Part shown: positions 19,622 to 29,513 of the stretch, piece after piece
Numbering within the stretch: position 1 is the stretch's first letter
Layout of the letters: the number at the start of each line of letters is the position of its first letter
Assembly: GCA_016699385.1 (NCBI GenBank)
Contig: CP064974.1
Coordinates: 195,242 to 259,241 of the forward strand
DNA from: Candidatus Moraniibacteriota bacterium
Lineage (GTDB): Bacteria; Patescibacteriota; Minisyncoccia; Moranbacterales; UBA1568
Length of the DNA: 64,000 bases
Reading direction: 5' to 3'
The notes under the pieces: generated by a model
The model's input: only the letters and a program-made list of their open reading frames with translations
Databases searched by the model: none
Told to the model about the DNA's origin: nothing
Made by a program: the position numbers and the translations under genes

Positions 19622-19903
19622 CAGAAGCAACAAGAGTGCAGGTTTCTTTTTCATGTTGAGGAAGTGGCGACACATGTCGTTTTGTTTCGTGGCGCGGAGG
19701 AAATCGGGCGGGTACGCATCGAGCCCAATCGGGAGTTGTTGGAGAAAATTTTGCCAGTGATTGACGGGCTTCTTTTGGAACATAAACTTTTGCCGAGCGA
19801 CATCACTGATATAAAAGTTGAATCGGAGTTGCCGGATGGCTATTCCTCTCGCCGTATCGCAGAGACGGTCGCGGGTGTGTGGAAGCGATTTAAGCGTTCT
19901 TGA
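19622..19903 (+). CDS. Short TsaB/YeaZ-like protein (N-terminal domain only, degenerate)
   Basis: HVVLFRGAEEIGRVRIEPNRELLEKILPVIDGLLLEHKLLPSDITDIKV aligns by eye with the TsaB N-terminus, but the Gly-rich GPGSFTG motif is absent. Start chosen at M 19622. Confidence 0.35.
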   Translation, partial: QKQQECRFLFHVEEVATHVVLFRGAEEIGRVRIEPNRELLEKILPVIDGLLLEHKLLPSDITDIKVESELPDGYSSRRIAETVAGVWKRFKRS

Positions 19904-19998
19904 GGGGCAGTAACATTTGAGATTGTTTCAGTTGTAATAGAATTCAGGAACTTACTATTGACAAATATAAATTATTTGTTTAGTATAAGGAAGTTATT

Positions 19999-20463
19999 TT
20001 GACAACTACAAGAGAGGTATTTTCTCAATGTGTCTTGCAGATTTTCCGGAAAGAAAAAGTTTTTGGGTTGATGTGGTTGTACATAGAAAGGAAGGAAGTG
20101 ATCGGAGTTCATTTCTCGTTCCGAGTGTTGCTCGTGCATTGGAATGTGCACAAAGGTACTACTCGGATTTTTCAGGAACAGGAGAAATACTCCTCTTTGT
20201 TGAAAGAGGTGATAGTGGCTATGAAAAAGAATCCTTGTTATTCGTTCATTTCAACAGAGGAGAATACGATGGCGACGCAGTGTAAGTCTAGGAAAGGAAA
20301 GGGGAAACGCGAGCATGCACCGAGAGATGTTGCCGTGAAGAGTGGCTTGCAGCAAGGGTATTTCGCAAAAAAGTACGCCGGCAGTATATCGTCGAAAGTT
20401 TCATTCTCTTCAGCTCACGCCCACGCTGAATGGCAGCGTCGGCAGGACAATGATGGAATATGA
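19999..20463 (+). CDS. Hypothetical ORF of doubtful coding status in an otherwise unannotated 680-bp region
   Basis: ORF track only; composition is not convincingly protein-like. Confidence 0.15.
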   Translation: MTTTREVFSQCVLQIFRKEKVFGLMWLYIERKEVIGVHFSFRVLLVHWNVHKGTTRIFQEQEKYSSLLKEVIVAMKKNPCYSFISTEENTMATQCKSRKGKGKREHAPRDVAVKSGLQQGYFAKKYAGSISSKVSFSSAHAHAEWQRRQDNDGI

Positions 20464-20586
20464 CAGAGGTAGGTAGCTGAACTTAAATTTATTGGAACGC
20501 TCAGAGCTTTGCTCGGGCGTTTTCTTTTTTGACACTTTGGGGCTGAAACGATAGGATAGAGGCAGATAAATTCTTGGAAAATCCCT

Positions 20587-22071
20587 ATGAATACGGCGGA
20601 AATAACCATGGACAAGATTGTCTCGCTCGCAAAGCGACGCGGCTTTGTTTTTCCGGGGAGTGATATTTACGGGGGGCTTGCGAATTCGTGGGACTACGGT
20701 CCATACGGCGCGCAGCTCAAGAAGAACATCAAAGATCATTGGTGGAAGACCTTTGTCGAGAGTCGTGATGATATGGTTGGGCTCGATGCCGCTATTGTTA
20801 TGAATCCAAAGGTATGGGAAGCGAGCGGGCATATTTCTGGTTTCAATGACTTCCTAGTTGAGTGCAAGGAATGCCATGAGCGACTACGACCGGATCAGCA
20901 TCTCGATGCGGTGAATCAAAACGAATTCATGTTGTCATTCTCGGAAATGACATTCAAGAAAATGGAGATTGAGAAGCTCAAGAAAGAAGCGTCTCCAGAT
21001 CAGGCAACAGTAGAGAAATACGAACATGATATTGAGAAGCTTGCCGAGAAGCTCTTTGGTGCTTTGCGAACCATTGCGTGTCCGCATTGTGGGAAGCGCG
21101 ATTGGTCGCATCCGACACTCTTCAATCTCATGTTCAAGACTTTCATAGGTCCTGCCGAAGAGAGCGCCAACATTGCCTATCTTCGTCCGGAGACGGCGCA
21201 GGCGATGTTTGTGGATTTTCCACTGGTCGCCGGTGTGTCAAGAAAACGCTTGCCGTTTGGTATTGCTCAAATCGGAAAGGCATTTCGCAATGAAATAACG
21301 CCAGGGAATTTCATCTTTCGTACGCGGGAGTTTGAGCAAATGGAAATAGAATATTTTTTTGACTCCAAGAAACGAGAGTGGAATGACGTATTTGGTTATT
21401 GGCAGGGAGAGATGGAAGGATGGATGCAATCGGTTGGCATGGATATGGATCGAGTACACCCGACGGAGATAGCCGAGAATGAACGAGCACACTATTCGGC
21501 GCGTACGGTGGACTTCGAATTCGACTATCCCTTCGGACGAAAAGAGCTCTTCGGACTTGCCTGTCGGACGGACTATGACCTTTCGCGTCACGCGAAGTTC
21601 TCTGGTCGGGATATGACATGGCAGGATCCTGAGACGAAAGAAAAGATTACGCCATTTGTGATTGAGCCAACATTTGGACTTGATCGCGGGCTTCTCGCGA
21701 TTCTTCTTTCCGCCTATGATGAGGAGATGCTGGAAGGCGGTGAGACACGCATCGTGCTTCGCTTGGCAAAATCGATTGCTCCAGTGAAGGTTGCCATATT
21801 CCCGCTCATGAAAAATAAACCCGAGCTTGTTGCGAAGGCGCGTGAGGTATTTGATATTCTCAAGAAAGATGTCGTCTGCGAATTTGATGACAACGGCAAT
21901 GTTGGGAAGCGATATCGACGTCAGGACGAGATCGGGACGCCGTACTGCGTGACGATTGACTTTCAGACTCTTGATGATGGCACGGTGACGGTGCGCGACC
22001 GCGACACGATGAAACAAGAGCGACAGTCGCTCGCCGACCTCGGGAATTATTTGTGGGAACATCTTCGGTAA
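20587..22071 (+). CDS. glyQS: Glycine--tRNA ligase (alpha2-type GlyRS)
   Basis: N-terminus IVSLAKRRGFVFPGSDIYGGLANSWDYGPYGAQLKKNIKDHWWKTFV matches the Thermus/archaeal-type GlyRS signature; class II motifs present; 494 aa. Confidence 0.85.
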   Translation: MNTAEITMDKIVSLAKRRGFVFPGSDIYGGLANSWDYGPYGAQLKKNIKDHWWKTFVESRDDMVGLDAAIVMNPKVWEASGHISGFNDFLVECKECHERLRPDQHLDAVNQNEFMLSFSEMTFKKMEIEKLKKEASPDQATVEKYEHDIEKLAEKLFGALRTIACPHCGKRDWSHPTLFNLMFKTFIGPAEESANIAYLRPETAQAMFVDFPLVAGVSRKRLPFGIAQIGKAFRNEITPGNFIFRTREFEQMEIEYFFDSKKREWNDVFGYWQGEMEGWMQSVGMDMDRVHPTEIAENERAHYSARTVDFEFDYPFGRKELFGLACRTDYDLSRHAKFSGRDMTWQDPETKEKITPFVIEPTFGLDRGLLAILLSAYDEEMLEGGETRIVLRLAKSIAPVKVAIFPLMKNKPELVAKAREVFDILKKDVVCEFDDNGNVGKRYRRQDEIGTPYCVTIDFQTLDDGTVTVRDRDTMKQERQSLADLGNYLWEHLR

Positions 22072-22105
22072 AGAATTTTTTGGGAGGAGGCGATTTTATT
22101 CTTGA

Positions 22106-23386
22106 ATGTCTGTCGTTATGCACTACGAAAAAATTGTTTTGTCGAATGGATTGCGGGTAATTTTGGCGCCGATGAAAGAGGCGGAAACGGTGACGGTGCT
22201 TATCACGACGGCGACGGGGTCGCGATATGAAACGAAGAAAGAGGGTGGGCTTTCGCATTTCTTGGAGCACATGTTTTTCAAGGGGACGAAGAAACGCCCA
22301 ACGGCTCTTTCGATTAGTGAAGAACTCGATGCGGTTGGCGGGGAATACAATGCCTTCACATCGAAGGATCGAACTGCTTACTATGCCAAAGTTGACAAGA
22401 AGCATGCTGAGATGGCGCTTGATATCGTGAGCGATATTTTCCTCAACTCGACGCTTCCGGCAGAGGAGATTGATCGCGAGCGGGGACCGATTTTGCAGGA
22501 GCTCAATATGTATGAGGACACGCCAGTGCGACATGTAGGTGATGTATTTGAAATGCTCCTCTACGGAGAGCATCCGCTTGGACGAGACATCATTGGGACG
22601 CGAGAGAATATCAAGAGCTTCAAACGCTCGGAATTTATCCGCTATCTCAATCGCGCCTATGTTGCCTCAAATGTCGTTGTTGGCATTGCGGGAAACTTCG
22701 ATGCCGCTTGGGCAAAGAAGATAATCGAGCGGAGTTTTGCGGATATGCGAACAGGGAAGAATCCCGAGCGAAAGAAAATTACTGAGAAGCAGAAAGCTCC
22801 TGCTGTGCTCTTGCAGAGTAAGAAGACTGACCAGACGCACTTCATCCTCGGTGTGCGGACATTTGATTTCTTTCATGCGGATCGATATACGCTTGCGGTT
22901 CTTTCGACGATACTTGGTGGTGGCATGTCGAGTCGGCTCTTTATGGCGGTTCGCGAGCGGCGCGGTCTCGCCTATAGTGTGCACACGGGGACGGACGCAT
23001 ATCACGATGCGGGGTATCTCTCGACGCAATGCGGTGTCGAGCATGGCAATCTTGAGAAAACAATCGCGGTTATTCTTGAGGAATACAAGCGAATTGCAAC
23101 GGAAGCGGTTCCAGAAAAAGAACTTCTGAAAGCCAAGGAACATATCAAGGGAAGTATGGCAATGCATCTCGAATCTTCCGATGATATCGTGGGTTATCTC
23201 GTCGATCAGGAGGTGCTGAAGGGTGAAATCGTCCTTCCGGAGAATCGCTATGCAAAAATTGACGCCGTGACCAGTGCGGATGTGCGTCGAGTTGCGGAAA
23301 TGATTTTCCGTTCCGATCGACTCAATCTGGCTATTATCGGTCCGCAGAAATCAGCCAAGAAATTGGAGAAAATGCTTACTTTGTAA
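22106..23386 (+). CDS. M16 family zinc peptidase (insulinase/pitrilysin-like)
   Basis: Inverted zinc motif HFLEHMFFKGT (HxxEH) and downstream E; 426 aa. Confidence 0.85.
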   Translation: MSVVMHYEKIVLSNGLRVILAPMKEAETVTVLITTATGSRYETKKEGGLSHFLEHMFFKGTKKRPTALSISEELDAVGGEYNAFTSKDRTAYYAKVDKKHAEMALDIVSDIFLNSTLPAEEIDRERGPILQELNMYEDTPVRHVGDVFEMLLYGEHPLGRDIIGTRENIKSFKRSEFIRYLNRAYVASNVVVGIAGNFDAAWAKKIIERSFADMRTGKNPERKKITEKQKAPAVLLQSKKTDQTHFILGVRTFDFFHADRYTLAVLSTILGGGMSSRLFMAVRERRGLAYSVHTGTDAYHDAGYLSTQCGVEHGNLEKTIAVILEEYKRIATEAVPEKELLKAKEHIKGSMAMHLESSDDIVGYLVDQEVLKGEIVLPENRYAKIDAVTSADVRRVAEMIFRSDRLNLAIIGPQKSAKKLEKMLTL

Positions 23387-23442
23387 GAATACGTGCAAGA
23401 ACGTGGGGTGTTGATTGATGTATGCCTTGTGGAATTTCTTTT

Positions 23443-24477
23443 ATGACCAAAGAACAATACATTGAGGCGTGGACGAAGATCTTGTTGCATGGCGTTGTTG
23501 CAGCGATAACGCTTTTTTTCCTGTATTTCATTCGCGATATTATCATCGTGTTCTTTGTGGCGATTATTATTACAGCATCGGTTGCGCCGGCTATTGAGCG
23601 ACTGGAGATGTTTCGGATCCCGCGCATGCTGAGTGTGCTCGGCGTCTACGCGCTTATTGTTGGTGTTCTCGTCACCATTATTTCGCTTATCGTGCCAATA
23701 TTCTCAAGTCAGATGGTGGAATTCTCAGCAAATGTTCCGCGCTACCTTGAGAGAATCTCGCTTTTTGTAAATGGCATCGATTCATTTTTTCGTATCCACG
23801 ATGTGCCTCTTGATGGAGCGGCGATGTCGAGTAGCGGCGAATCATCGGGGACGGTTTCGGGAATTTTCTCGACAACGGTAAGTGTCTTTCATGCGATTTT
23901 TTCAGTGGTGGTGATTTTTTTCCTCTCGCTCTATATGTCGTTTGAACGGCGCGGTATCGACAAGGTTCTCCGAACGGTGACACCCGCTGAATATGAGGAG
24001 CGCGTACTCTATTTCTCTCGGAAAATTCAGGAGAAAATCGGGCAGTGGATGTTTGGGCAATTGCTTCTCATGGCGATTGTGTTTACGTTTTATTTCATCG
24101 GGCTTACCGCACTCGGCATTCCCTATGCGCTTCTCTTGGCGCTTCTTGGTGGTTTGCTGGAGATGGTACCCTATGCCGGTCCAACCGTGGCAGCTCTTCC
24201 GGCAATTGCTTTGGGACTTCTTGTTTCGCCCTGGTTGGGTGCGGCGGTTGTTCTTCTCTATTTCGTTATCCAACAAATACAGAATCACATTGTTGTACCG
24301 CAGGTCATGCGACGTACGGTAGGGCTCAATCCTGTGGCGGTTATTCTCGCGCTCTTGATTGGCGCAAAGCTTGCGGGGATTGCGGGAATATTGCTCGCGG
24401 TTCCTTCGGCAGCAGCACTCTCGGTGTTTACGGATGAGTTCTTGGGAACTCGGAAACCCGCGCAGATTGAAGAATAG
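23443..24477 (+). CDS. AI-2E family transporter (UPF0118/PerM-like permease)
   Basis: 8-TM architecture, conserved C-terminal region; start taken at MTKEQYIEAW. Confidence 0.8.
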   Translation: MTKEQYIEAWTKILLHGVVAAITLFFLYFIRDIIIVFFVAIIITASVAPAIERLEMFRIPRMLSVLGVYALIVGVLVTIISLIVPIFSSQMVEFSANVPRYLERISLFVNGIDSFFRIHDVPLDGAAMSSSGESSGTVSGIFSTTVSVFHAIFSVVVIFFLSLYMSFERRGIDKVLRTVTPAEYEERVLYFSRKIQEKIGQWMFGQLLLMAIVFTFYFIGLTALGIPYALLLALLGGLLEMVPYAGPTVAALPAIALGLLVSPWLGAAVVLLYFVIQQIQNHIVVPQVMRRTVGLNPVAVILALLIGAKLAGIAGILLAVPSAAALSVFTDEFLGTRKPAQIEE

Positions 24478-24492
24478 AGGAGAGAATGGAAT

Positions 24493-25218
24493 ATGAAGAA
24501 TATGGATAATTTTGAAGAAGAAATTCAAATCGACACGGAAGAAAAATCCGAAACTGGAATGCTCTTTGTCGTGGCGACGCCGATTGGGAATATGGAAGAT
24601 ATTACGCTCCGCGCGCTTCGCATTTTGAATGAATGCGATTTGATAATTTGTGAAGACACGCGAGTCGCCAAGAAGCTTTTCTTTAGACACAATGTGTCAA
24701 AGCCACTCCTTGCTATTCCGCAGCGAGCAGCAGATGAGAAAATTCGTCGTGTGCTTGATGTTCTTCGAACTGGAAAGAATGTGGCGCTGACGACTGATGC
24801 TGGCACACCGGGTGTTTCCGATCCGGGGAACGAGGTCGTGGAAAAGGTGATTGCGGCGGGCTTCTGCGTTTCACCTGTACCGGGTCCGTCGGCGCTTGCA
24901 GCGCTTCTCTCGGTCGCTGGAGTGAATACGCAGGAATTTCTCTTCAAAGGATTTCCACCACACAAGAAGGGAAGAGAAACATTTTTTCGTGCTATTGCTC
25001 AGTCAAAAGTTCCGGTCGTCTACTACGAATCGCCCTATCGCGTTGTCAAAAATTTGGAACTCCTTGCATCGCTTGCATCAGAAAGAAATGTGATTATCGG
25101 ACGCGAGCTTACCAAGATGTTTGAGGAAATTCAAAGAGGAAGTGTTGGAGAAGTGCTAGAATATTACCAAAAGAATCCAGGAAAAGTGAAGGGAGAGTTT
25201 GTGGTGATGGTGATGTAG
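24493..25218 (+). CDS. rsmI: 16S rRNA (cytidine1402-2'-O)-methyltransferase
   Basis: Tetrapyrrole-methylase fold motifs LFVVATPIGNMEDITLRALRIL...ICEDTR. Confidence 0.9.
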   Translation: MKNMDNFEEEIQIDTEEKSETGMLFVVATPIGNMEDITLRALRILNECDLIICEDTRVAKKLFFRHNVSKPLLAIPQRAADEKIRRVLDVLRTGKNVALTTDAGTPGVSDPGNEVVEKVIAAGFCVSPVPGPSALAALLSVAGVNTQEFLFKGFPPHKKGRETFFRAIAQSKVPVVYYESPYRVVKNLELLASLASERNVIIGRELTKMFEEIQRGSVGEVLEYYQKNPGKVKGEFVVMVM

Positions 25219-25338
25219 AGTGGAATGCGCATTTTTCCAGGATGTTGTGTATATAAAAATGAGGGACGGAAGAAATTATCTCGCGTCCCTATGGGGAATT
25301 TGCTTGGAAAGCGTGGCACCTTTGTGTTTCTTGTGCAT

Positions 25339-25680
25339 CTAGTGCGATGAGAAGAGGGAGATGGTGAGGTACAATGTTGTTCCATTTGTGCATCGCACTT
25401 CGTAATTTACTGCCCTTCCGTTACGGTCAACAAATCCATTGCTGACGCTTCGAGAAAACTGCACGGCACATCCCTGCTGAGTAGCAATTTCCCGAGCTTG
25501 TTCTTGTCGGTAGTCATCGCTTTTTCCGACGAAATAGATATACGATGCAACCAAAAGAAGGGGAATTGCTATGAATAAGAGTAGGTTTGAATGCTTCCTC
25601 GGGCGATTTTTTGGGGATAAGCAATGAGGAGGATGAGGATGCCCTCCTATTTGTTGAAAGTTGCTTCTTTGTATAATCAT
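25339..25680 (-). CDS. Hypothetical membrane-anchored small protein
   Basis: ORF track; one TM helix (LLLFIAIPLLLVASYIYFV). Confidence 0.3.
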   Translation of the reverse strand: MIIQRSNFQQIGGHPHPPHCLSPKNRPRKHSNLLLFIAIPLLLVASYIYFVGKSDDYRQEQAREIATQQGCAVQFSRSVSNGFVDRNGRAVNYEVRCTNGTTLYLTISLFSSH

Positions 25681-25754
25681 GGTGCTTTCTCCTCGGATGA
25701 ATTGGTAAAGAAAATTTTACGAAATCGATTACATACTGCAATAAATAAAATATT

Positions 25755-27182
25755 ATGTCAAGATTCTATATTACTACCGCTATCGATTACGTGAATGCGA
25801 AGCCACATGTGGGGCATGCGCTCGAGAAGGTGCTTACGGATACAATGGCGCGGTTTCATCGCGCGTGTGGGGAAGAGGTTTACTTTCTTACTGGATCTGA
25901 CGAGAATAGTTTGAAGAATGTGCAGGGAGCAGAGAAAGCGGGGAAGCCAGTTGGAGAATTTGTCGCAGAGAATGCGGAGTCGTTCCGCGATTTGGGAAAG
26001 CTCCTGAATCTCTCCTTTGATGATTTCATTCGAACAACCGAGAAGCGACACTTCGATGGAGCGCAGAAACTCTGGCGTTCATTCAAGGCTGAAGACGTGT
26101 ATACCAAAAAGTATTCCGGACTCTACTGTGTCGGGTGTGAAGAATTCAAATTGCCGAAAGATTTGATTGATGGGAAATGCCCGGATCACCAAAAAGAACC
26201 GGAACTTGTGGAGGAAGAAAACTACTTTTTTCGACTTTCAGCGTATGCTGATATTTTGAAGCAAAAAATAGAGAGCGGCGAGTTACACATTGTGCCGGAC
26301 TTTCGGAGGAATGAAGTGTTGTCGTTTATTTCGATGGGACTGGAGGACTTTTCCATCTCGCGATCGGTCTCGCGCGCGAAGGATTGGGGTGTGCCGGTGC
26401 CGGGAGATCCTTCGCAAATCATGTATGTGTGGGTTGATGCTTTGTCAAACTATATTACGGCTCTTGATTATGCAAGTGGCGGCGTACTCTATGAAAAGTT
26501 CTGGGCGAGCGATGGTGAGCGTGCTCATGTGATTGGGAAGGGGATACTGCGATTTCATGCGGTGTATTGGCCGGCAATGCTACTTTCAGCCAATCTTCCA
26601 ATTCCGACAACGATTTATGCGCATGAATATCTCACTGTGGATGGACAGAAGATGTCGAAGTCGCTCGGGAATATTATTGATCCGGTGGACTTGGTTGCGA
26701 AGTATGGCATTGATGGTGCAAGGTATCTTCTTCTCTCAACACTCCCATTCTCCAATGACGGCGATGTGTCATGGGAAAAACTCACTGAGAAATACAACGC
26801 CGATCTGGCGAACGGGTTGGGGAATTTAGTGTCGCGTGTTTTGAAATTAGGAGAAAAATTGGAAGATGGAAGCTGGAAGATGGAAGGAAGTAATGAAGGA
26901 TTTCCAGATGAGTTTGGGAAGTTGCTTGAGAGTTATCATCTAAGTGAGGGATTGGAATATATTTGGAGCATTGTGCGCGAGAGCAATAAATATATTGAGA
27001 AAGAGAAGCCATGGGAACTTGCCAAGACGAATCTAGAAAAGTTTGCATTGGTGATGCAGAAGCTCTTGAGAGATTTGGAGCGTATTGCGACTCTCCTTGC
27101 GCCATTCCTTCCGGAGACTTCAGAGAATATTCAATCAATGCTTGCTAATCGGAAAGGTGGAATTCTCTTTCAGCGAATCTGA
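25755..27182 (+). CDS. metG: Methionine--tRNA ligase
   Basis: Class I motifs: HIGH-region variant PHVGHAL and KMSKS (DGQKMSKSLGN). Confidence 0.9.
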   Translation: MSRFYITTAIDYVNAKPHVGHALEKVLTDTMARFHRACGEEVYFLTGSDENSLKNVQGAEKAGKPVGEFVAENAESFRDLGKLLNLSFDDFIRTTEKRHFDGAQKLWRSFKAEDVYTKKYSGLYCVGCEEFKLPKDLIDGKCPDHQKEPELVEEENYFFRLSAYADILKQKIESGELHIVPDFRRNEVLSFISMGLEDFSISRSVSRAKDWGVPVPGDPSQIMYVWVDALSNYITALDYASGGVLYEKFWASDGERAHVIGKGILRFHAVYWPAMLLSANLPIPTTIYAHEYLTVDGQKMSKSLGNIIDPVDLVAKYGIDGARYLLLSTLPFSNDGDVSWEKLTEKYNADLANGLGNLVSRVLKLGEKLEDGSWKMEGSNEGFPDEFGKLLESYHLSEGLEYIWSIVRESNKYIEKEKPWELAKTNLEKFALVMQKLLRDLERIATLLAPFLPETSENIQSMLANRKGGILFQRI

Positions 27183-27188
27183 AATGCT

Positions 27189-28022
27189 ATGATTGATACG
27201 CATGCGCATATTCATGATGAGATGTTTGATGTCGATCGAGAAGAGATGCTCCTTCGAGCGTTTGACAGCGGCGTGAAACGAATTATCACGATTGGTACCA
27301 GTATTTCGGAAAGCGAAGATGCTCTTGCTGCGGCGAAAAAGTACGACAATATTTTCGCAACGGTTGCGGTTCATCCAGAGGAATATTCTAAGCTTCCTGA
27401 TGAAGAAACGAGGAATTTGTGGATGAAGTGTCTTGGAAAATTGGCGATGGATTCGAAAGTGGTGGCAATCGGGGAATGCGGTCTCGATTATCATGCGTTT
27501 AACACTGTTGCGGTGACGGAGAAACAAAAGGAAAGTCAGAAAATCGGATTTCGTGATCATCTCGAGCTTGCAAAGCGCATTGGGAAGCCAGTCGTTATTC
27601 ATGCGCGCGAGTCGTATAGGGACGTACTTGAAATCGCGCGCGAGTATGTCGGCGATATTCCTTTTGTCGTGCTTCACTGTTATCAAGGCAATACTGAGGT
27701 GACAGAAGAGTTTCTCAATCTTGACGAACGCGTTTTGTTTTCCTTTGCGGGGAATATTACGTATCCGGTGAAAAAGTCACTTGTAGGGACGAAAGGCGAT
27801 ATTCTCGAGAGCATACGACTCATACCAATTGAGCGAATGCTCACTGAAACCGATTGCCCGTATCTCGCGCCACAAGCATATCGCGGAACTCGGAATGAAC
27901 CAGCGTATGTTATGGAAGTTGCTCGAAAGATTGCGGAAGTAAAAAAAGTTTCTTTTAAAGAAGTCGAGCGCGCGACGGAAGAGAATACGAATCGATGTTT
28001 TCCAAGAAAGTTTGCCAGTTAG
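27189..28022 (+). CDS. tatD: TatD family metal-dependent hydrolase/DNase
   Basis: MIDTHAHI N-terminus and conserved His/Glu/Asp pattern of TatD. Confidence 0.9.
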   Translation: MIDTHAHIHDEMFDVDREEMLLRAFDSGVKRIITIGTSISESEDALAAAKKYDNIFATVAVHPEEYSKLPDEETRNLWMKCLGKLAMDSKVVAIGECGLDYHAFNTVAVTEKQKESQKIGFRDHLELAKRIGKPVVIHARESYRDVLEIAREYVGDIPFVVLHCYQGNTEVTEEFLNLDERVLFSFAGNITYPVKKSLVGTKGDILESIRLIPIERMLTETDCPYLAPQAYRGTRNEPAYVMEVARKIAEVKKVSFKEVERATEENTNRCFPRKFAS

Positions 28023-28053
28023 TAGGTGGGCGGTCTATCTTATTCTTATTGTC

Positions 28054-28086
28054 AAAAACGCTCTAAATTGAAGCGTTTTTTCTGTT
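28054..28086 (+). terminator. Intrinsic terminator (9-bp stem AAAAACGCT/AGCGTTTTT then T-run)
   Basis: Seen directly downstream of tatD. Confidence 0.7.
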
Positions 28087-28099
28087 TTTAATCACGTAC

Positions 28100-28128
28100 T
28101 TGACACACGCAACTTAGTTGCGTTATCG
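28100..28128 (+). promoter_or_regulatory. Promoter (-35 TTGACA) whose 17-nt spacer is a perfect palindrome ACGCAACTTAGTTGCGT: candidate Zur/Fur operator
   Basis: Palindrome at 28107-28123 sits exactly between TTGACA (28100-28105) and a -10-like TTATCG, directly upstream of the Fur-family gene. Confidence 0.5.
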
Positions 28129-28135
28129 TGTAAGT

Positions 28136-28554
28136 ATGGAAAAAGCGAACACTATTTTGAATAATCTCCGGAAAAGGGATTTCGCCGATCTCTCGCGCGA
28201 GAGGAAATTCTTTCTGTGCTCGTAAGCGCTTCGAAACCGGTTTCGGTATTTGAAATTCTTGATATACTTTCCAGAAAAAAGAGGGTGTTCAATAAGACGA
28301 CGCTCTATCGCGAGATGGAAGTTCTGAAAAAAGAAGGGTATGTGAAAGAAGTTTTCTTTCGAAACGATACGGCGCTTTACGAGCTTGTTGGGGAACATCA
28401 CCATCATCTTGTTTGCACCTCATGTGGTGACGTTCGAGATGTACACCTTGAAGAATCTCTCGAGTGTGAAGAAAGAAAATTGGAACGTCGTGAACATTTT
28501 ATCATTCTCGATCATTCACTTGAATTTTTTGGCAAGTGTAAGGAGTGTCAGTAA
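28136..28554 (+). CDS. Fur-family metalloregulator (likely Zur, given downstream znuABC); apparent 1-nt frameshift near 28172-28185
   Basis: ATG 28136 opens MEKANTILNNLRKR in frame +2. The Fur-like continuation (G)FRRSLAREEILSVLVSASKPVSVFEILDIL...HHHHLVCTSCGDV...CKECQ is in frame +1, annotated from GTG 28216. A run of A and G at the junction suggests a homopolymer indel. Confidence 0.7.
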
Positions 28555-28580
28555 GTTTTTAGGATTATAAGAAAACACGT

Positions 28581-29513
28581 ATGAAAAAGCTGGTATATTT
28601 TTTTGTTCTCGCGATCTTTGTTTGTGGAGGCGCATATGCTGTATTTTGGAACTTGGGGAAGGAGTCGTCGTCTACTCTTCATCAGCCAGGGAAGCTTCAA
28701 GTCGTGGCGAGTTTCTACCCGTTGTATTTTTTCTCTCAGCAAATTGGTGGCGACAAGGCGAGTGTGACGAATATTGTGCCAGCGGGAGCGGAGCCACATG
28801 ATTATGAACCGACTGCGCAAGATATGGCACGGATGGAAAAGAGTGGACTCATCATTTTAAACGGAAGCGGACTTGAATCATGGGGCGATAGTATTGGAAA
28901 AAATATCAATACAGCCAAGACTATTATTGTTGTTACAGGAGAAGGCTTGACGACGCGAGAGATGACGCGAGAGGACCAGCTTACGACAGATCCGCATGTG
29001 TGGCTTGACCCGGTGTTCGCTGGGAAAATGGTAGAGAATATTACTCGCGGGTTCGAGGCTGCTGATCAGGAAAATGCGATCTATTTTCGTGAAAACGCCA
29101 ACCAACTCCTCGAGAAATTGAAAGATGTGGATATCGCGTATCGAAGTGGTCTTCAAAAGTGTGCGGAGAAAAATATTATCACATCTCATGATGCATTTGG
29201 CTATCTTGCAGCGGAGTATGGATTCAATCAGGTGTCGATCGCAGGTTTGTCGCCCGATGCCGAACCATCGCCCTCGCAGCTTGCCGACACTGTACAATTC
29301 GCCAAAGTGAACAATGTCAGGTATATTTTCTTTGAGAGCCTCGCGAGTCCAAAGCTTTCGCAAACAATCGCGACTGAAGTCGGCGCGCAGACGCTCGTGC
29401 TCAATCCGATTGAGGGGTTGAGCGATGATGAGATATCAAAAGGCAAAGATTATTTCTCGGTTATGTATGATAACCTCAAAAATTTGCAAACAGCACTGCA
29501 ATGTACTCAATAG
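28581..29513 (+). CDS. znuA: Zinc/manganese ABC transporter substrate-binding protein (ZnuA/TroA family)
   Basis: TroA-like cluster 9 solute-binding-protein motifs; signal/TM N-terminus. Confidence 0.85.
   Translation: MKKLVYFFVLAIFVCGGAYAVFWNLGKESSSTLHQPGKLQVVASFYPLYFFSQQIGGDKASVTNIVPAGAEPHDYEPTAQDMARMEKSGLIILNGSGLESWGDSIGKNINTAKTIIVVTGEGLTTREMTREDQLTTDPHVWLDPVFAGKMVENITRGFEAADQENAIYFRENANQLLEKLKDVDIAYRSGLQKCAEKNIITSHDAFGYLAAEYGFNQVSIAGLSPDAEPSPSQLADTVQFAKVNNVRYIFFESLASPKLSQTIATEVGAQTLVLNPIEGLSDDEISKGKDYFSVMYDNLKNLQTALQCTQ

Noticed and set aside
20540-20586. GGGGCTGAAACG near 20546, superficially like a tmRNA 5' end
   Set aside because: No downstream tag-reading frame or T-arm/ACCA 3' end; only a 7-nt resemblance.
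20410-20832. 140-aa minus-strand ORF spanning the GlyRS start
   Set aside because: Overlaps the well-supported GlyRS N-terminus and its upstream terminator-like hairpin; spurious.
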